Notes: generated from the sequence alone by a model not told the origin. DNA of 64,000 nucleotides from Gemmatimonadales bacterium (GCA_041741375.1 JBGSKF010000095.1:41-64040); one strand, 5' to 3'. Positions 16,021 through 24,558 are shown, counted from the first letter of the stretch. Program-made: numbers and translations.

Positions 16021-16334
16021 GTACCATTGTCATCCCCACAAGGGGGGGCACGTGTGATGGCCTCGTCGAGTTGGTCGGGTGACCACGAGACTCCGTGGAC
16101 TCGGCCGAGAGGTCGTGGTATCATGACATCATGGAAAAGCACCGTCTTCCGATCTTCCGGGGGGAGTGCCTCCAACCGGGGGTTGACCTCGACAACACCG
16201 CGGGACTGCTCGACCTCATGGATGCGGGCGACACTCCTCCCTGACCGCGCCCTGGCGGGGAATGCGTGGATGGCCGCTCTCGCGACCGCGCGAGGAGGTG
16301 AGAGGGACCGGGTCTCGGGGTGGTATGGCGGGGG

Positions 16335-16670
16335 TCAGGTCTCCAGCACCCGCTCGAGGGCTGCCACCACCGGTTCCAGATCCTCGGTGGCCACGCGCCA
16401 CACGATGTCCGGATCCACCTCGTCGTCACCGTGCACGATCCGGTTGCGCATCCCCATCATCCCGGCCCAGGGAAACTCCGGGTGGGCCGCGCGGAAATCC
16501 GCGGGGAGTCGGCTCGCGGCCTCGCCGAGGCGCTGGATCAGGTGCAGCAGGGCGAGATGACGGATGATGTCGGCGTCGAACTCGGAGCGCGGGAGACCCT
16601 GCGCGAGACTCCGGATCTGGCACGCCGTATCGAGCATCCGCCGGAGCGTGAGGCGATCATCACGCGACAT
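16335..16670 (-). CDS. hepT: HEPN-domain toxin (DUF86 / HepT)
   Basis: R-x4-H motif in GMRNRIVHGDDEVD. Size 111 aa. Lies directly downstream of, and overlapping, the MNT gene region. Confidence 0.85.
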   Translation of the reverse strand: MSRDDRLTLRRMLDTACQIRSLAQGLPRSEFDADIIRHLALLHLIQRLGEAASRLPADFRAAHPEFPWAGMMGMRNRIVHGDDEVDPDIVWRVATEDLEPVVAALERVLET

Positions 16671-16691
16671 ACAGCGTCCGCGCCCGATCCA

Positions 16692-17159
16692 TCACCTCTT
16701 CGCGGACGCGTGGCGACATCCCCCGGCGGTGACCAGGTCCACCCGTCGGCCTCCGAAGACCTCCTCCAGGTCTGCCGCCACGGTGACGATGGCAAACCCC
16801 GGTGTCATGCCGGGCTCAAAGTCCACCGCGAGGTCCACATCACTGTCGGGGTGCGGTTTCCCCGCCGCGTGGGAACCGAACAGACCGAGCCACCGGATGT
16901 GGTGGCGCCGGCACACGGCGGCAAGTTTCCCGGGATCCACCAACTCGTGGAGAGGTGGCCCGGGCAGGTCCGGGCGGAAGGGGGCCACGGGCTCACGGAC
17001 CATCGCAGGGAAAGGAACTGCACTCTCCTCGCGAACCACAGTGTTCAGAATCGCGAGCAATTCTCCGTTGAGGCTTCGATGATTGGCCTCGGCACGGGTC
17101 CGTAGCCGTTTCAGAATGGGGTCGGGAATTCCCCTCAGGGTCAGGGTTCGGGTTTTCAT
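16692..17159 (-). CDS. mntA: MNT-type nucleotidyltransferase antitoxin fused to an N-terminal Arc/RHH DNA-binding domain; C-terminus apparently frameshifted
   Basis: N-terminus MKTRTLTLRGIPDPILKRLRTRAEANHRSLNGELLAIL (RHH). Core LFGSHAAGKPHPDSDVDLAVDFEP (GS-x10-D-x-D). The usual tail MSPRVREEVMDRARTLYVA* is in the +1 frame after a C5 run (16720-16724) and would end at 16660, overlapping the hepT start. Confidence 0.8.
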   Translation of the reverse strand: MKTRTLTLRGIPDPILKRLRTRAEANHRSLNGELLAILNTVVREESAVPFPAMVREPVAPFRPDLPGPPLHELVDPGKLAAVCRRHHIRWLGLFGSHAAGKPHPDSDVDLAVDFEPGMTPGFAIVTVAADLEEVFGGRRVDLVTAGGCRHASAKR

Positions 17160-17194
17160 AACTGCATAATGACTGCATAATGACTACACCACAA
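17160..17194 (-). promoter_or_regulatory. Putative promoter/operator for leaderless mntA-hepT transcript
   Basis: Minus strand: TTGTGG (17194-17189), 17-nt spacer, CATTAT (17171-17166), 6 nt, ATG 17159. The plus strand shows the tandem 11-mer ACTGCATAATG x2 (17161-17182) plus a partial third. Confidence 0.5.
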
Positions 17195-17346
17195 GTCCGG
17201 CGGGGTGCGCCGAGATGCGCCGCAAGCGGGCGCACCCACGAGATCGAGATCAGTCCACGGATTACCCCGCGTGGCCCGGTCTCCGAGTACCTTTCTCCAA
17301 CCGTCCCCACCCCCCACCCTCCCGACCCCGCATCCGGAGCCCTGCC

Positions 17347-18669
17347 ATGACCCTCTCGCGCCGCTCGTTCCTGGGAACGGCCGGAGTCGCCGGCCTTGCC
17401 CTCGCCTCGGCGCGCTGTGCCCCCACTCGGGACCAGTCTGACGCCTCTACTCTTCCGACGCTCGATCGTCCCACCGGTTCATCGGAAGCCGTCGCCCGGG
17501 ACGAGGCATATTGGCGGCGCGTGGCGGCCCACTACCGGGTGTCCTCCGAGTTCACCAACCTGGAGGCGGGGTATTTCGGCATGATGGCGGCACCGGTGCT
17601 GGCGGAGTATCACCGGCAGATCGACCGGGTCAACCTCGAGAGTTCCCGGTACGCCCGCGGGGCGTGGGGAGAGGAATCCGCCGGGGCCCGCGAGCGTCTG
17701 GCCGGTTTTCTCGGAGCCGCACCGGAGGAGCTGGTGTTCACCCGCAACGCGACCGAGGCGCTCCAGCGTCTCATCGTGCAGTACAACAAGCTGGCCCCCG
17801 GGGATCAGGTGATGTACGCGGACCTGGACTACGGAGCGATGCAGTTCGCCATGGATGCCCTCGCCGAGCTCCGGGGTGTCACGGTGGTGCGGATCGAGTT
17901 TCCGGAACCGGCCACCCGGGACACCGTCGTGGAGATGTACGCCGAGGCGCTCCGGACTCACCCCCGGGTTCGGCTGCTCCTCCTCACCCACCTCAACAAC
18001 AAGACCGGCCTGATCATTCCCACGCGGGAGATCGTGGCCCTGGCACGCGAGCGGGGCGCCGACACCATCGTCGACGCGGCCCACTCCTTCGGGCAGTGCG
18101 ACCTGACCCTCCGGGACATCGGCGCCGATTTCGTGGGCCTGAATCTGCACAAGTGGCTCGGCGCCCCGATCGGTGTCGGAGCGATGTACATCAAGGCCGA
18201 TCGCCTGCCGGACATCGACCGGATGCTGGGAGACGACGGCCCCCTCGACCGGATCGAGAGCCGGATGCACACCGGCACCGCCAGCTTCGCCACCTATCTG
18301 ACGGTTCCTGCGGCGCTGGATTTTCACGATTCGGTGGGGCCAGCGTACAAGGCGGCCCGGGTGCGCCACCTCCGCGACCTCTGGGTCGGGGCCGTGCGCG
18401 GAACGCCGGGCATCGACATCCTGACTCCGGACGATGCCGATCTCGTGGCCGCCATCACCTCGTTCCGGCTTCACGGCCGGACCGGGAAGGAGGAGAACCA
18501 GGCCATCGTGCGGGAGCTGTTCGAGCAGCACCGGCTCTTCACGGTCTGGCGCACCGGACTGGCCCGGGGGGATTGTGTGCGGGTGACCCCGGCCCTCTAC
18601 AACACCCCGGCGGACGCGGAGCGTCTCGCGGCCGCGCTCCGGGCGATGGCGAGCCGAGGGACGGTCTAG
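17347..18669 (+). CDS. Class V aminotransferase-fold PLP enzyme (isopenicillin-N epimerase / cysteine desulfurase-like) with twin-arginine signal
   Basis: ATG 17347 gives MTLSRRSFLGTAGVAGLALASA (Tat motif SRRxFLG). Fold-type I features: DAAHSFGQ and NLHKWLGAP (PLP lysine). Confidence 0.85.
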   Translation: MTLSRRSFLGTAGVAGLALASARCAPTRDQSDASTLPTLDRPTGSSEAVARDEAYWRRVAAHYRVSSEFTNLEAGYFGMMAAPVLAEYHRQIDRVNLESSRYARGAWGEESAGARERLAGFLGAAPEELVFTRNATEALQRLIVQYNKLAPGDQVMYADLDYGAMQFAMDALAELRGVTVVRIEFPEPATRDTVVEMYAEALRTHPRVRLLLLTHLNNKTGLIIPTREIVALARERGADTIVDAAHSFGQCDLTLRDIGADFVGLNLHKWLGAPIGVGAMYIKADRLPDIDRMLGDDGPLDRIESRMHTGTASFATYLTVPAALDFHDSVGPAYKAARVRHLRDLWVGAVRGTPGIDILTPDDADLVAAITSFRLHGRTGKEENQAIVRELFEQHRLFTVWRTGLARGDCVRVTPALYNTPADAERLAAALRAMASRGTV

Positions 18670-18676
18670 CGACAAT

Positions 18677-18688
18677 GCGATCGATCGC
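18677..18688. promoter_or_regulatory. Perfect 12-bp palindrome upstream of RHH-PIN operon (operator candidate)
   Basis: GCGATCGATCGC, 20 nt before ATG 18708. Confidence 0.35.
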
Positions 18689-18707
18689 CACTTTGCACAG
18701 GTAACAC

Positions 18708-18998
18708 ATGGCAGATGAACACCTGACCCTCCGGCTTCCCGCCCACCTCGCCCGGGCCCTGACCCGATGGGCCGACGCACGCGACCTCCCCAAGTCCCGG
18801 GTGGTTCGGGAAGCGATCGCCCGGTACCTCGACGCGCCCACCGAAGGAGACCGGGAACCAGCCGGCTTGACCGCCCGAACCCTGGGCCAACGGTGGGCGG
18901 CACTCCCGCGACTCCATCCGGACGAAGCCGCCACCTTCGCCGACGATCTCTCCGCGAGTGCCGCCGAGATGCCGCCACCGTCCCCGCCGTGGGAGTGA
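18708..18998 (+). CDS. Ribbon-helix-helix (CopG-type) antitoxin
   Basis: MADEHLTLRLPAHLARALTRWADARDLPKSRVVREAIARYL is an RHH pattern. The stop overlaps the toxin start (GTGA). Confidence 0.7.
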   Translation: MADEHLTLRLPAHLARALTRWADARDLPKSRVVREAIARYLDAPTEGDREPAGLTARTLGQRWAALPRLHPDEAATFADDLSASAAEMPPPSPPWE

Positions 18999-19405
18999 TT
19001 CTCGACACCTCGGTTCTCATCGCGGCCGAGCGAGGGGCCCTCCGCTTTGAAGCGATGATGGAAAACCTGGGAGATGTCCCGGTGGGCATGGCGGCGGTCA
19101 CAGCCTCCGAGCTGCTGCACGGTTGTCTCCGGGGCGCTACCCCTGGCGTTCGAGCTCGTCGGTTCGCCTTTGTGGAGGGTCTGCTCGACACCATCCCGGT
19201 CCTTCCCTTCAGTCTGGCGGACGCCCGGCAACATGCGCAGGTCTGGGCTCATCTGGCGCAGTCGGGAGCGTTGATCGGGGCTCACGATCTGTTGATTGCC
19301 GCCACCGCCCTGGCACGGGGGCACCGGGTGGCCACCCTCAACCGGGACCAGTTCGGCCGGGTTCCCGGCCTGCACCTGGTCCCGCTGGGGCCTTTTCTTT
19401 CCTGA
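18995..19405 (+). CDS. vapC: PIN-domain toxin (VapC family)
   Basis: GTG 18995 (alternative GTG 18989) gives (M)ILDTSVLIAAERG... AHDLLIAATALARGHRVATLNRDQFGRVPGL is the PIN C-terminal motif. Confidence 0.85.
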   Translation: MILDTSVLIAAERGALRFEAMMENLGDVPVGMAAVTASELLHGCLRGATPGVRARRFAFVEGLLDTIPVLPFSLADARQHAQVWAHLAQSGALIGAHDLLIAATALARGHRVATLNRDQFGRVPGLHLVPLGPFLS

Positions 19406-19474
19406 TCCTTGCCATCGTTCGGCGAGGGACGATACGTTCATTCACCTGTCCGGTTCTCCCTTCTGGAGCCACGC

Positions 19475-21136
19475 ATGCGCCTGTCCCATCTGATCCTCCC
19501 CCTCCTCGTTGCCGCCTGTTCCCCCCAGGGTCCTGACGAGGGAACCCGATCCGACGACAGCGCCGAGAACCTCCTCGCCGCCTACACCACGGTCCGCCTC
19601 GATGCCGACCTGAGCGGGCTCACCGATTCGGCCCGACGCATGCTTCCGCTCCTGATCGAGGCCGCGCGGGAGATGGATGAGATCTACTGGCTCGAGGTGT
19701 CCGGACCTTCGGACAGCGTGCTCTCCGCCATGCCCACGCCGACCCTGCGGCGGTTCGCCGAGATCAATTACGGCCCCTGGGACCGGCTCAACGGCAACCA
19801 GCCCTTCGTGTCCGAGGTCGGAGCCATGCCCCTCGGCGCCAACTTCTACCCCCACGACATCACCACGGCGGAATTCGATTCCGCGGCACGCGCCGCTCCC
19901 GATGGCGGGGCTGCCTTGCGCAGTCTGTACACTCTGGTCCGCCGGGACGGCCAGGGACGTCTGACCGCGGTGCCCTACCGGGTGGCGTTTCGCCCCCAGG
20001 TGGAGCGGGCGGCGGCTCGGCTGCGCGAGGCCGCGGCCCTGGCTCAGGATGCCGGCCTCCGACGCTACCTCGAGCTTCGCGCCGAGGCCCTGCTGAGCGA
20101 TGACTATCAGCCCAGTGACCTGGCGTGGATGGACATGAAGACGAACCCGATCGATGTCGTCATCGGCCCGATCGAGACCTACGACGACCAGTTGTACGGG
20201 GCCAAGGCGGCGCATGAGGCGTACGTGCTGGTCAAGGACCAGGCCTGGAGCGATCGGTTGAGCCGGTATGCCGCGCTGCTTCCGTCGCTGCAGCGCGGGC
20301 TCCCCGTGCCGGACGCCTACAAGCGGGAGACGCCGGGAACCGATTCCGATCTCAACGCCTACGACGTGCTCTATTATGCCGGCCAGGCCAACGCCGGATC
20401 GAAGACGATCGCCATCAACCTCCCCAACGACGAGGAGGTTCAGCTGGCCAAGGGGGCCCGCCGGCTCCAGCTCAAGAACGCGGTGCGGGCCAAGTTCGAC
20501 CGCATCCTCCTGCCGATCGCGGATCTGCTCATCGCGCCCGACCAGCGGGAGTACCTCTCGTTCGACGCCTTTTTCGAGAACACGATGTTCCACGAGGTGG
20601 CCCACGGGCTCGGAATCAAGAACACCGTGACCGGCGGGCGCACGGTGCGGGAGGCACTGCAGGAGCAGGCCTCGTCGCTCGAGGAGGGGAAGGCCGACGT
20701 CCTGGGCCTCTACATGATCACCGCCCTGACGGACCGGGGCGAGCTGGGGGAGAAGGACATCCGGACCAACCAGGTCACCTTTCTGGCCAGCATCTTCCGG
20801 TCGGTCCGGTTCGGCGCCGCGAGCGCGCACGGCCGGGCCAACGTGGCTCGGTTCAACTACTTCGAGGAGATGGGCGCCTTTACCCGCGATTCCACCACCG
20901 GAACCTACCGAGTGGACTTCGATCGAATGCGCGTTGCCACCGATTCGCTGTCGGCCAGGATCCTGCGGTTTCAGGGGGACGGGGACCTCGACGGAGTGCG
21001 GGCGTGGATGGACTCGGTCGGAGCCATCCGGCCCACCCTCCAAGCCGATCTCGACCGCCTCGCCACGGCGGGGATCCCGGTGGACATCGTCTTCGAGCAG
21101 GGGCCCGAGGTCCTGGGGCTCCCGGCGGCCCGCTGA
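19475..21136 (+). CDS. Zinc metallopeptidase lipoprotein, M49 (DPP III)-like family
   Basis: ATG 19475 gives MRLSHLILPLLVAACS (lipobox). HExxH in MFHEVAHGLG and a second metal motif in EEGKADVLG. Confidence 0.75.
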   Translation: MRLSHLILPLLVAACSPQGPDEGTRSDDSAENLLAAYTTVRLDADLSGLTDSARRMLPLLIEAAREMDEIYWLEVSGPSDSVLSAMPTPTLRRFAEINYGPWDRLNGNQPFVSEVGAMPLGANFYPHDITTAEFDSAARAAPDGGAALRSLYTLVRRDGQGRLTAVPYRVAFRPQVERAAARLREAAALAQDAGLRRYLELRAEALLSDDYQPSDLAWMDMKTNPIDVVIGPIETYDDQLYGAKAAHEAYVLVKDQAWSDRLSRYAALLPSLQRGLPVPDAYKRETPGTDSDLNAYDVLYYAGQANAGSKTIAINLPNDEEVQLAKGARRLQLKNAVRAKFDRILLPIADLLIAPDQREYLSFDAFFENTMFHEVAHGLGIKNTVTGGRTVREALQEQASSLEEGKADVLGLYMITALTDRGELGEKDIRTNQVTFLASIFRSVRFGAASAHGRANVARFNYFEEMGAFTRDSTTGTYRVDFDRMRVATDSLSARILRFQGDGDLDGVRAWMDSVGAIRPTLQADLDRLATAGIPVDIVFEQGPEVLGLPAAR

Positions 21137-21182
21137 ATCCGAGTCCGCATCGGCCGTCGACCTCCGCGTACGGCCTCCGCCC

Positions 21183-21941
21183 ATGGTGACGCTCGTCCTC
21201 CTGGCCTTTGTCGCCTCGATGGCGGGGAGCGCCATCAACAGCATCGCGGGGGGTGGCACGCTCGTCACCTTTCCGGCCATCGTGGCGCTCGGACTTCCCC
21301 CCCTCACCGCCAACGCCACCAGCACGGTGGGGCTCTGGCCCGGGGCGGTGGGAAGCATGTGGGGATACCGTTCCCACCTCACGCAGTCCAGACCCTGGCT
21401 GGTCGGCCTCACCCTGCCGAGCCTCCTCGGCGGGGGCATCGGAGCGGTCCTGCTCCTCAGTACCGGCGAGGATCGCTTTGCCCGGATCGTTCCGTTCCTG
21501 GTGCTCGTGGCCACGATTCTTTTCACGTTCCAGGGTCCCCTGCTCCGCTGGTTGGGACATACGCCGCGGCAGGCGGGGGCTCGGCCGGGCGGCGCCTTCC
21601 TCGCAGCGCAATTCGCGGTGGGGATCTATGGAGGGTACTTCGGCGCGGGGATCGGCATCCTGATGCTGGCCGCCCTGGAGTGGATGGGACACCGGCACAT
21701 CCATGTCATGAACGGACTCAAGAACTGGGGGGGGCTCTGCATCAACGCGGTGGCCGCGGGGTTGTTCATCGCCGGGGGGATCGTCCATTGGCCGGTGGCG
21801 ATCGCGATGGCGGGGGGAGGATTGGTCGGGGGCTACGCGGGTGCCAGGGCGGCGCAGCGCGTCGAACAGGCGACGGTGCGACGGGCCGTGGTGTTGATCG
21901 GGTTCGCGGCGTTCGTCTGGCTGCTGTTTCGGCCGCTCTGA
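21183..21941 (+). CDS. TauE/SafE (DUF81) family anion exporter
   Basis: ATG 21183. Polytopic, glycine-rich helices: SAINSIAGGGTLVTFPAIVALGLPPLTANATS and the internal repeat GIYGGYFGAGIGILMLA. Confidence 0.85.
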   Translation: MVTLVLLAFVASMAGSAINSIAGGGTLVTFPAIVALGLPPLTANATSTVGLWPGAVGSMWGYRSHLTQSRPWLVGLTLPSLLGGGIGAVLLLSTGEDRFARIVPFLVLVATILFTFQGPLLRWLGHTPRQAGARPGGAFLAAQFAVGIYGGYFGAGIGILMLAALEWMGHRHIHVMNGLKNWGGLCINAVAAGLFIAGGIVHWPVAIAMAGGGLVGGYAGARAAQRVEQATVRRAVVLIGFAAFVWLLFRPL

Positions 21942-21995
21942 AGGCGGCCTTGGCAGCTCTTTGCGCCTTGGCGGTGTCAAACCCTTTCTTCAAGA

Positions 21996-22403
21996 CTATC
22001 TCCGCATCCGGTCCACCAACTGACGAGGGAGCAGCACGGGAACCGACAGGGACCCGGGCTTCGGCTGGAAGTGCCTGGTATTTCCGGTAATGATCGCATC
22101 GGCCCTTCCCGCGATTGCCACCTCGACGAAGAGACGATCGTCGGGATCGGGGAGGGTCAGCTCCAGGGGATAGGCCACCATCGGTTCCGCGATCCGCTCC
22201 AGGAGATCGAGAAGAATCCTCCGCTCGCGGGGGTCGAATCGAAACGCCGGACGCGCGGTCACCTCATCGTACTCCGCGAAGATCCTGGAGTCGGCAAGGA
22301 GGGTCGCGGCGCCCTGGAGCACGAGGTGAAGGACCTGGTCCGGCGTTCCCCCTCCGGCGAGCATCGCGGACACCAGGACGTTGGTGTCGAGAACGATCCG
22401 CAC
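21996..22403 (-). CDS. PIN-domain toxin (PIN_3-type)
   Basis: MRIVLDTNVLVSAML..., PDPDDRLFVEVAIAGRADAIITGNTRHF. Confidence 0.85.
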   Translation of the reverse strand: MRIVLDTNVLVSAMLAGGGTPDQVLHLVLQGAATLLADSRIFAEYDEVTARPAFRFDPRERRILLDLLERIAEPMVAYPLELTLPDPDDRLFVEVAIAGRADAIITGNTRHFQPKPGSLSVPVLLPRQLVDRMRR

Positions 22404-22413
22404 CGCGAGACTC

Positions 22414-22722
22414 CTACTGGTCGGTTTCGCGGGCCCGACGGGCCCGGCGCGACGACCGGATTTCGCTGGTGATCGCCCCCTGCGTCAACACCGCAGTGCC
22501 GTCCCGCCGCGCCTCACCCTGGAGACGAGACAGCGCCAGCAGCGCCCGTCCCCTCCGCCAGGCGTCGAGCACCGTGGTGGCATCACCCTCCTCCACCGGA
22601 ATGAGCAACGCCTTGGTGGTTCCATCGGACATCAACGAGAGTGGTTCGCCCTCGGCGAGACGCTCGAAGACGCGCCCTGGAGTGTTGCGCAGTTCGCGAT
22701 AGGTGATCGGTTTGCTCGTCAT
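22414..22722 (-). CDS. Phd/YefM-like antitoxin partner of the PIN_3 toxin
   Basis: MTSKPITYRELRNTPGRVFERLAEGEPLSLMSDGTTKALLIPV. SD GGGAGGTG upstream. 10-nt gap to the toxin. Confidence 0.7.
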   Translation of the reverse strand: MTSKPITYRELRNTPGRVFERLAEGEPLSLMSDGTTKALLIPVEEGDATTVLDAWRRGRALLALSRLQGEARRDGTAVLTQGAITSEIRSSRRARRARETDQ

Positions 22723-22734
22723 GACACCTCCCGT

Positions 22735-22764
22735 GTAGCGTTTGTGGCTACATTCAGGCTACAT
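22735..22764 (-). promoter_or_regulatory. Operator-like repeats upstream of the antitoxin
   Basis: Plus strand: TGTAGC (22735-22740), then GGCTACAT at 22746 and 22757 (direct repeats 11 bp apart, inverted relative to the first). Confidence 0.4.
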
Positions 22765-22880
22765 GATTGAACCCCGGCACACAAGTCCTCGCCTCGGCCT
22801 CCCGGACCGGAGATTCGTGTCTGATCCTGACGCTCGGAAGGCCCTTCGCCAGAGGGGTGCCGACTGGACTCACATCCTGA

Positions 22881-23135
22881 CAGATTACCATCTCGCGGAC
22901 AGGGTTCCCACATGAAGACGACACGCCCTCTCCCACGGCCCGCCCCAACCTCCCGACCTTTGACAGCGGCGGAGCACTTGTGGACGTCGCGGATCGCGAG
23001 TCGCTCTCCTGCGCGATGGAGGGGCGGTGAGTGCTGATGCGGAAACATGGGATTCACCGTATCTGCACCCGGGACAGCGATTTTCACCGGTTCCCCTTCC
23101 TGGAACCGGTGGATCCGATGGTGGCGGAACCGTAG
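22881..23135 (+). pseudogene. Decayed PIN-toxin remnant with in-frame TGA
   Basis: One frame reads ...NLPTFDSGGALVDVADRESLSCAMEGR*VLMRKHGIHRICTRDSDFHRFPFLEPVDPMVAEP*. The tail (hg..l.T.D.DF.RFp.l) is a typical PIN C-terminus. No proper start, and a stop at 23028-23030. Confidence 0.4.
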
Positions 23136-23146
23136 AGAGAGGTGCG

Positions 23147-23809
23147 ATGGAGACCCTCACGTCGCGAGCGAAGGGAGCCGATTGCCGAGGCGCCATGGCG
23201 CTCCTGGGTCGATCCCTCCTCTTCGTGACTTTGAGCGGGTGCGCCTCGGGAGGGCACGGCCGAGCCCCCGGTCTTCCCACGCCAGTGACCAATGGTTGGA
23301 TGGAGGAAGGAGTCGCCTCCTGGTACGGGGAGCCCTTCCATGGGCGCCGCACCGCCTCCGGGGAAGTCTACGACATGCATGCGCCCACGGCGGCGCATCG
23401 GACCCTCCCCTTCGGAACCCTGGTGCGGGTCGATAATCTGACCAACGGCCGATCCGCCACGCTGCGCATCACCGACCGAGGCCCGTTCGCGAAGAACCGG
23501 ATCCTGGACGTGTCCCGGTGGGGTGCCGAGGAACTTCGTCTCCTCGGACCCGGGGTGGCGCGGGTCAGGATCACGGTGATCGATGCCCCGGCATCCCAGG
23601 AATGCTGGGAGGTCCAAGCGGGGTCCTTCGCCGATAGCGCGAATGCAGAGCGTCTCCGTGCTCGACTCCTCGATGACCAGCTCCCGGCTCGGGTCGACGC
23701 CGGGCCAGACGGCCTCCATCGGGTGCGGGTGGGGCCGTTCGAAGACCGAGGGGCAGCGGAGCGTGCCGCGGGGAGAGTGGGTGGGCTCTTGCTGGGGTGC
23801 GGCGCGTAG
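23147..23809 (+). CDS. rlpA: Septal ring lytic transglycosylase RlpA (DPBB + SPOR domains)
   Basis: GVASWYGEPFHGRRTASGEVYDMHAPTAAHRTLPFGTLVRVDNLTNGRSATLRITDRGPF (DPBB). C-terminal WEVQAGSFADSANAERLRARL...HRVRVGPF (SPOR). Lipobox LSGC. ATG 23147 is preceded by GAGAGAGG; alternative start 23195. Confidence 0.88.
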   Translation: METLTSRAKGADCRGAMALLGRSLLFVTLSGCASGGHGRAPGLPTPVTNGWMEEGVASWYGEPFHGRRTASGEVYDMHAPTAAHRTLPFGTLVRVDNLTNGRSATLRITDRGPFAKNRILDVSRWGAEELRLLGPGVARVRITVIDAPASQECWEVQAGSFADSANAERLRARLLDDQLPARVDAGPDGLHRVRVGPFEDRGAAERAAGRVGGLLLGCGA

Positions 23810-23843
23810 ATCGGACCGGGTGACCGGCCTGGACCATATGACG

Positions 23844-23878
23844 TTGCATGGTCTGACTAGTCTGACTAAACTTCCATG
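23844..23878 (+). promoter_or_regulatory. Putative promoter for leaderless phd-vapC transcript with tandem 9-mer
   Basis: TTGCAT 23844-23849, 17-nt spacer, TAAACT 23867-23872, 6 nt to the second ATG (23879). The spacer consists of GTCTGACTA x2 (23851-23868). Confidence 0.45.
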
Positions 23879-24166
23879 ATGTCCGAAGAGTACTCTCTTT
23901 ACGACGCCAAGGCCAAGCTCTCTGCCCTGGTTCGCCAGGTCCGGGAGGGAAAGAGCGTGGTCATCACGGTTCATGGCGAGCCGGTGGCAGAGCTCCGCCC
24001 CTATCAGAAGCCCGAAAAGAAGCAGACGCTGGAGGAACGTGTCGCCGAGTTGACGGCACTGGGTTTGATCACTCCGGCGAGAATGAGGCCGTCGGATCCG
24101 AAGGCATTCCCCGTGGGAAAGCGCGTTCCCGGAGCCTTGAAGCGCTTCCTGGAAGACCGGGAATGA
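23879..24166 (+). CDS. Phd/YefM-family antitoxin
   Basis: (M)MSEEYSLYDAKAKLSALVRQVREGKSVVITVHGEPVAELRP. The ORF opens at ATG 23876. The stop overlaps the next start (ATGA). Confidence 0.85.
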   Translation: MSEEYSLYDAKAKLSALVRQVREGKSVVITVHGEPVAELRPYQKPEKKQTLEERVAELTALGLITPARMRPSDPKAFPVGKRVPGALKRFLEDRE

Positions 24167-24558
24167 CGGGGGCGTACCTGGACAGTTCCATCGTCACCGC
24201 GATTGCCTTCGTCGAGCCGGGGGCGGGCGACCTGCGGGCGCGTCTCCAACAGTACGCGCAGCTTTATTCCGCCCCCCTGCTGGAGGCGGAGGTACGATCC
24301 GCCGCCAGGCGCGAAGGAATGCCCGTCACTGAGGGATGGTTCAATGCCATCACGTTCGTCGCCCCGGAACTTTCCCTCCGGCCGGAGATCATCCGGGTGC
24401 TGGACACGGGTTACGTGCGCGGCGCAGACTGCTGGCATCTGGCCACGGCGCTGTACCTCTCGCCGGAGCCGGAGCAGCTGATGTTCCTCACCCTCGATCA
24501 GCGCCAGCGCGACGTGGCCGGCAAACTGGGGTTCGCGCTGGAGAAGTTCACCCCATAA
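24163..24558 (+). CDS. vapC: PIN-domain toxin (VapC family)
   Basis: MTGAYLDSSIVTAIAF..., GADCWHLATALYL, FLTLDQRQ. Confidence 0.85.
   Translation: MTGAYLDSSIVTAIAFVEPGAGDLRARLQQYAQLYSAPLLEAEVRSAARREGMPVTEGWFNAITFVAPELSLRPEIIRVLDTGYVRGADCWHLATALYLSPEPEQLMFLTLDQRQRDVAGKLGFALEKFTP

Noticed and set aside
16131-16244. 37-codon ORF MEKHRLPIFRGECLQPGVDLDNTAGLLDLMDAGDTPP in the gap between the hydrolase and hepT
   Set aside because: It vaguely resembles antitoxin C-terminal tails, but it is too short, has no SD or partner gene, and I cannot assign a family. It may be another TA relic.
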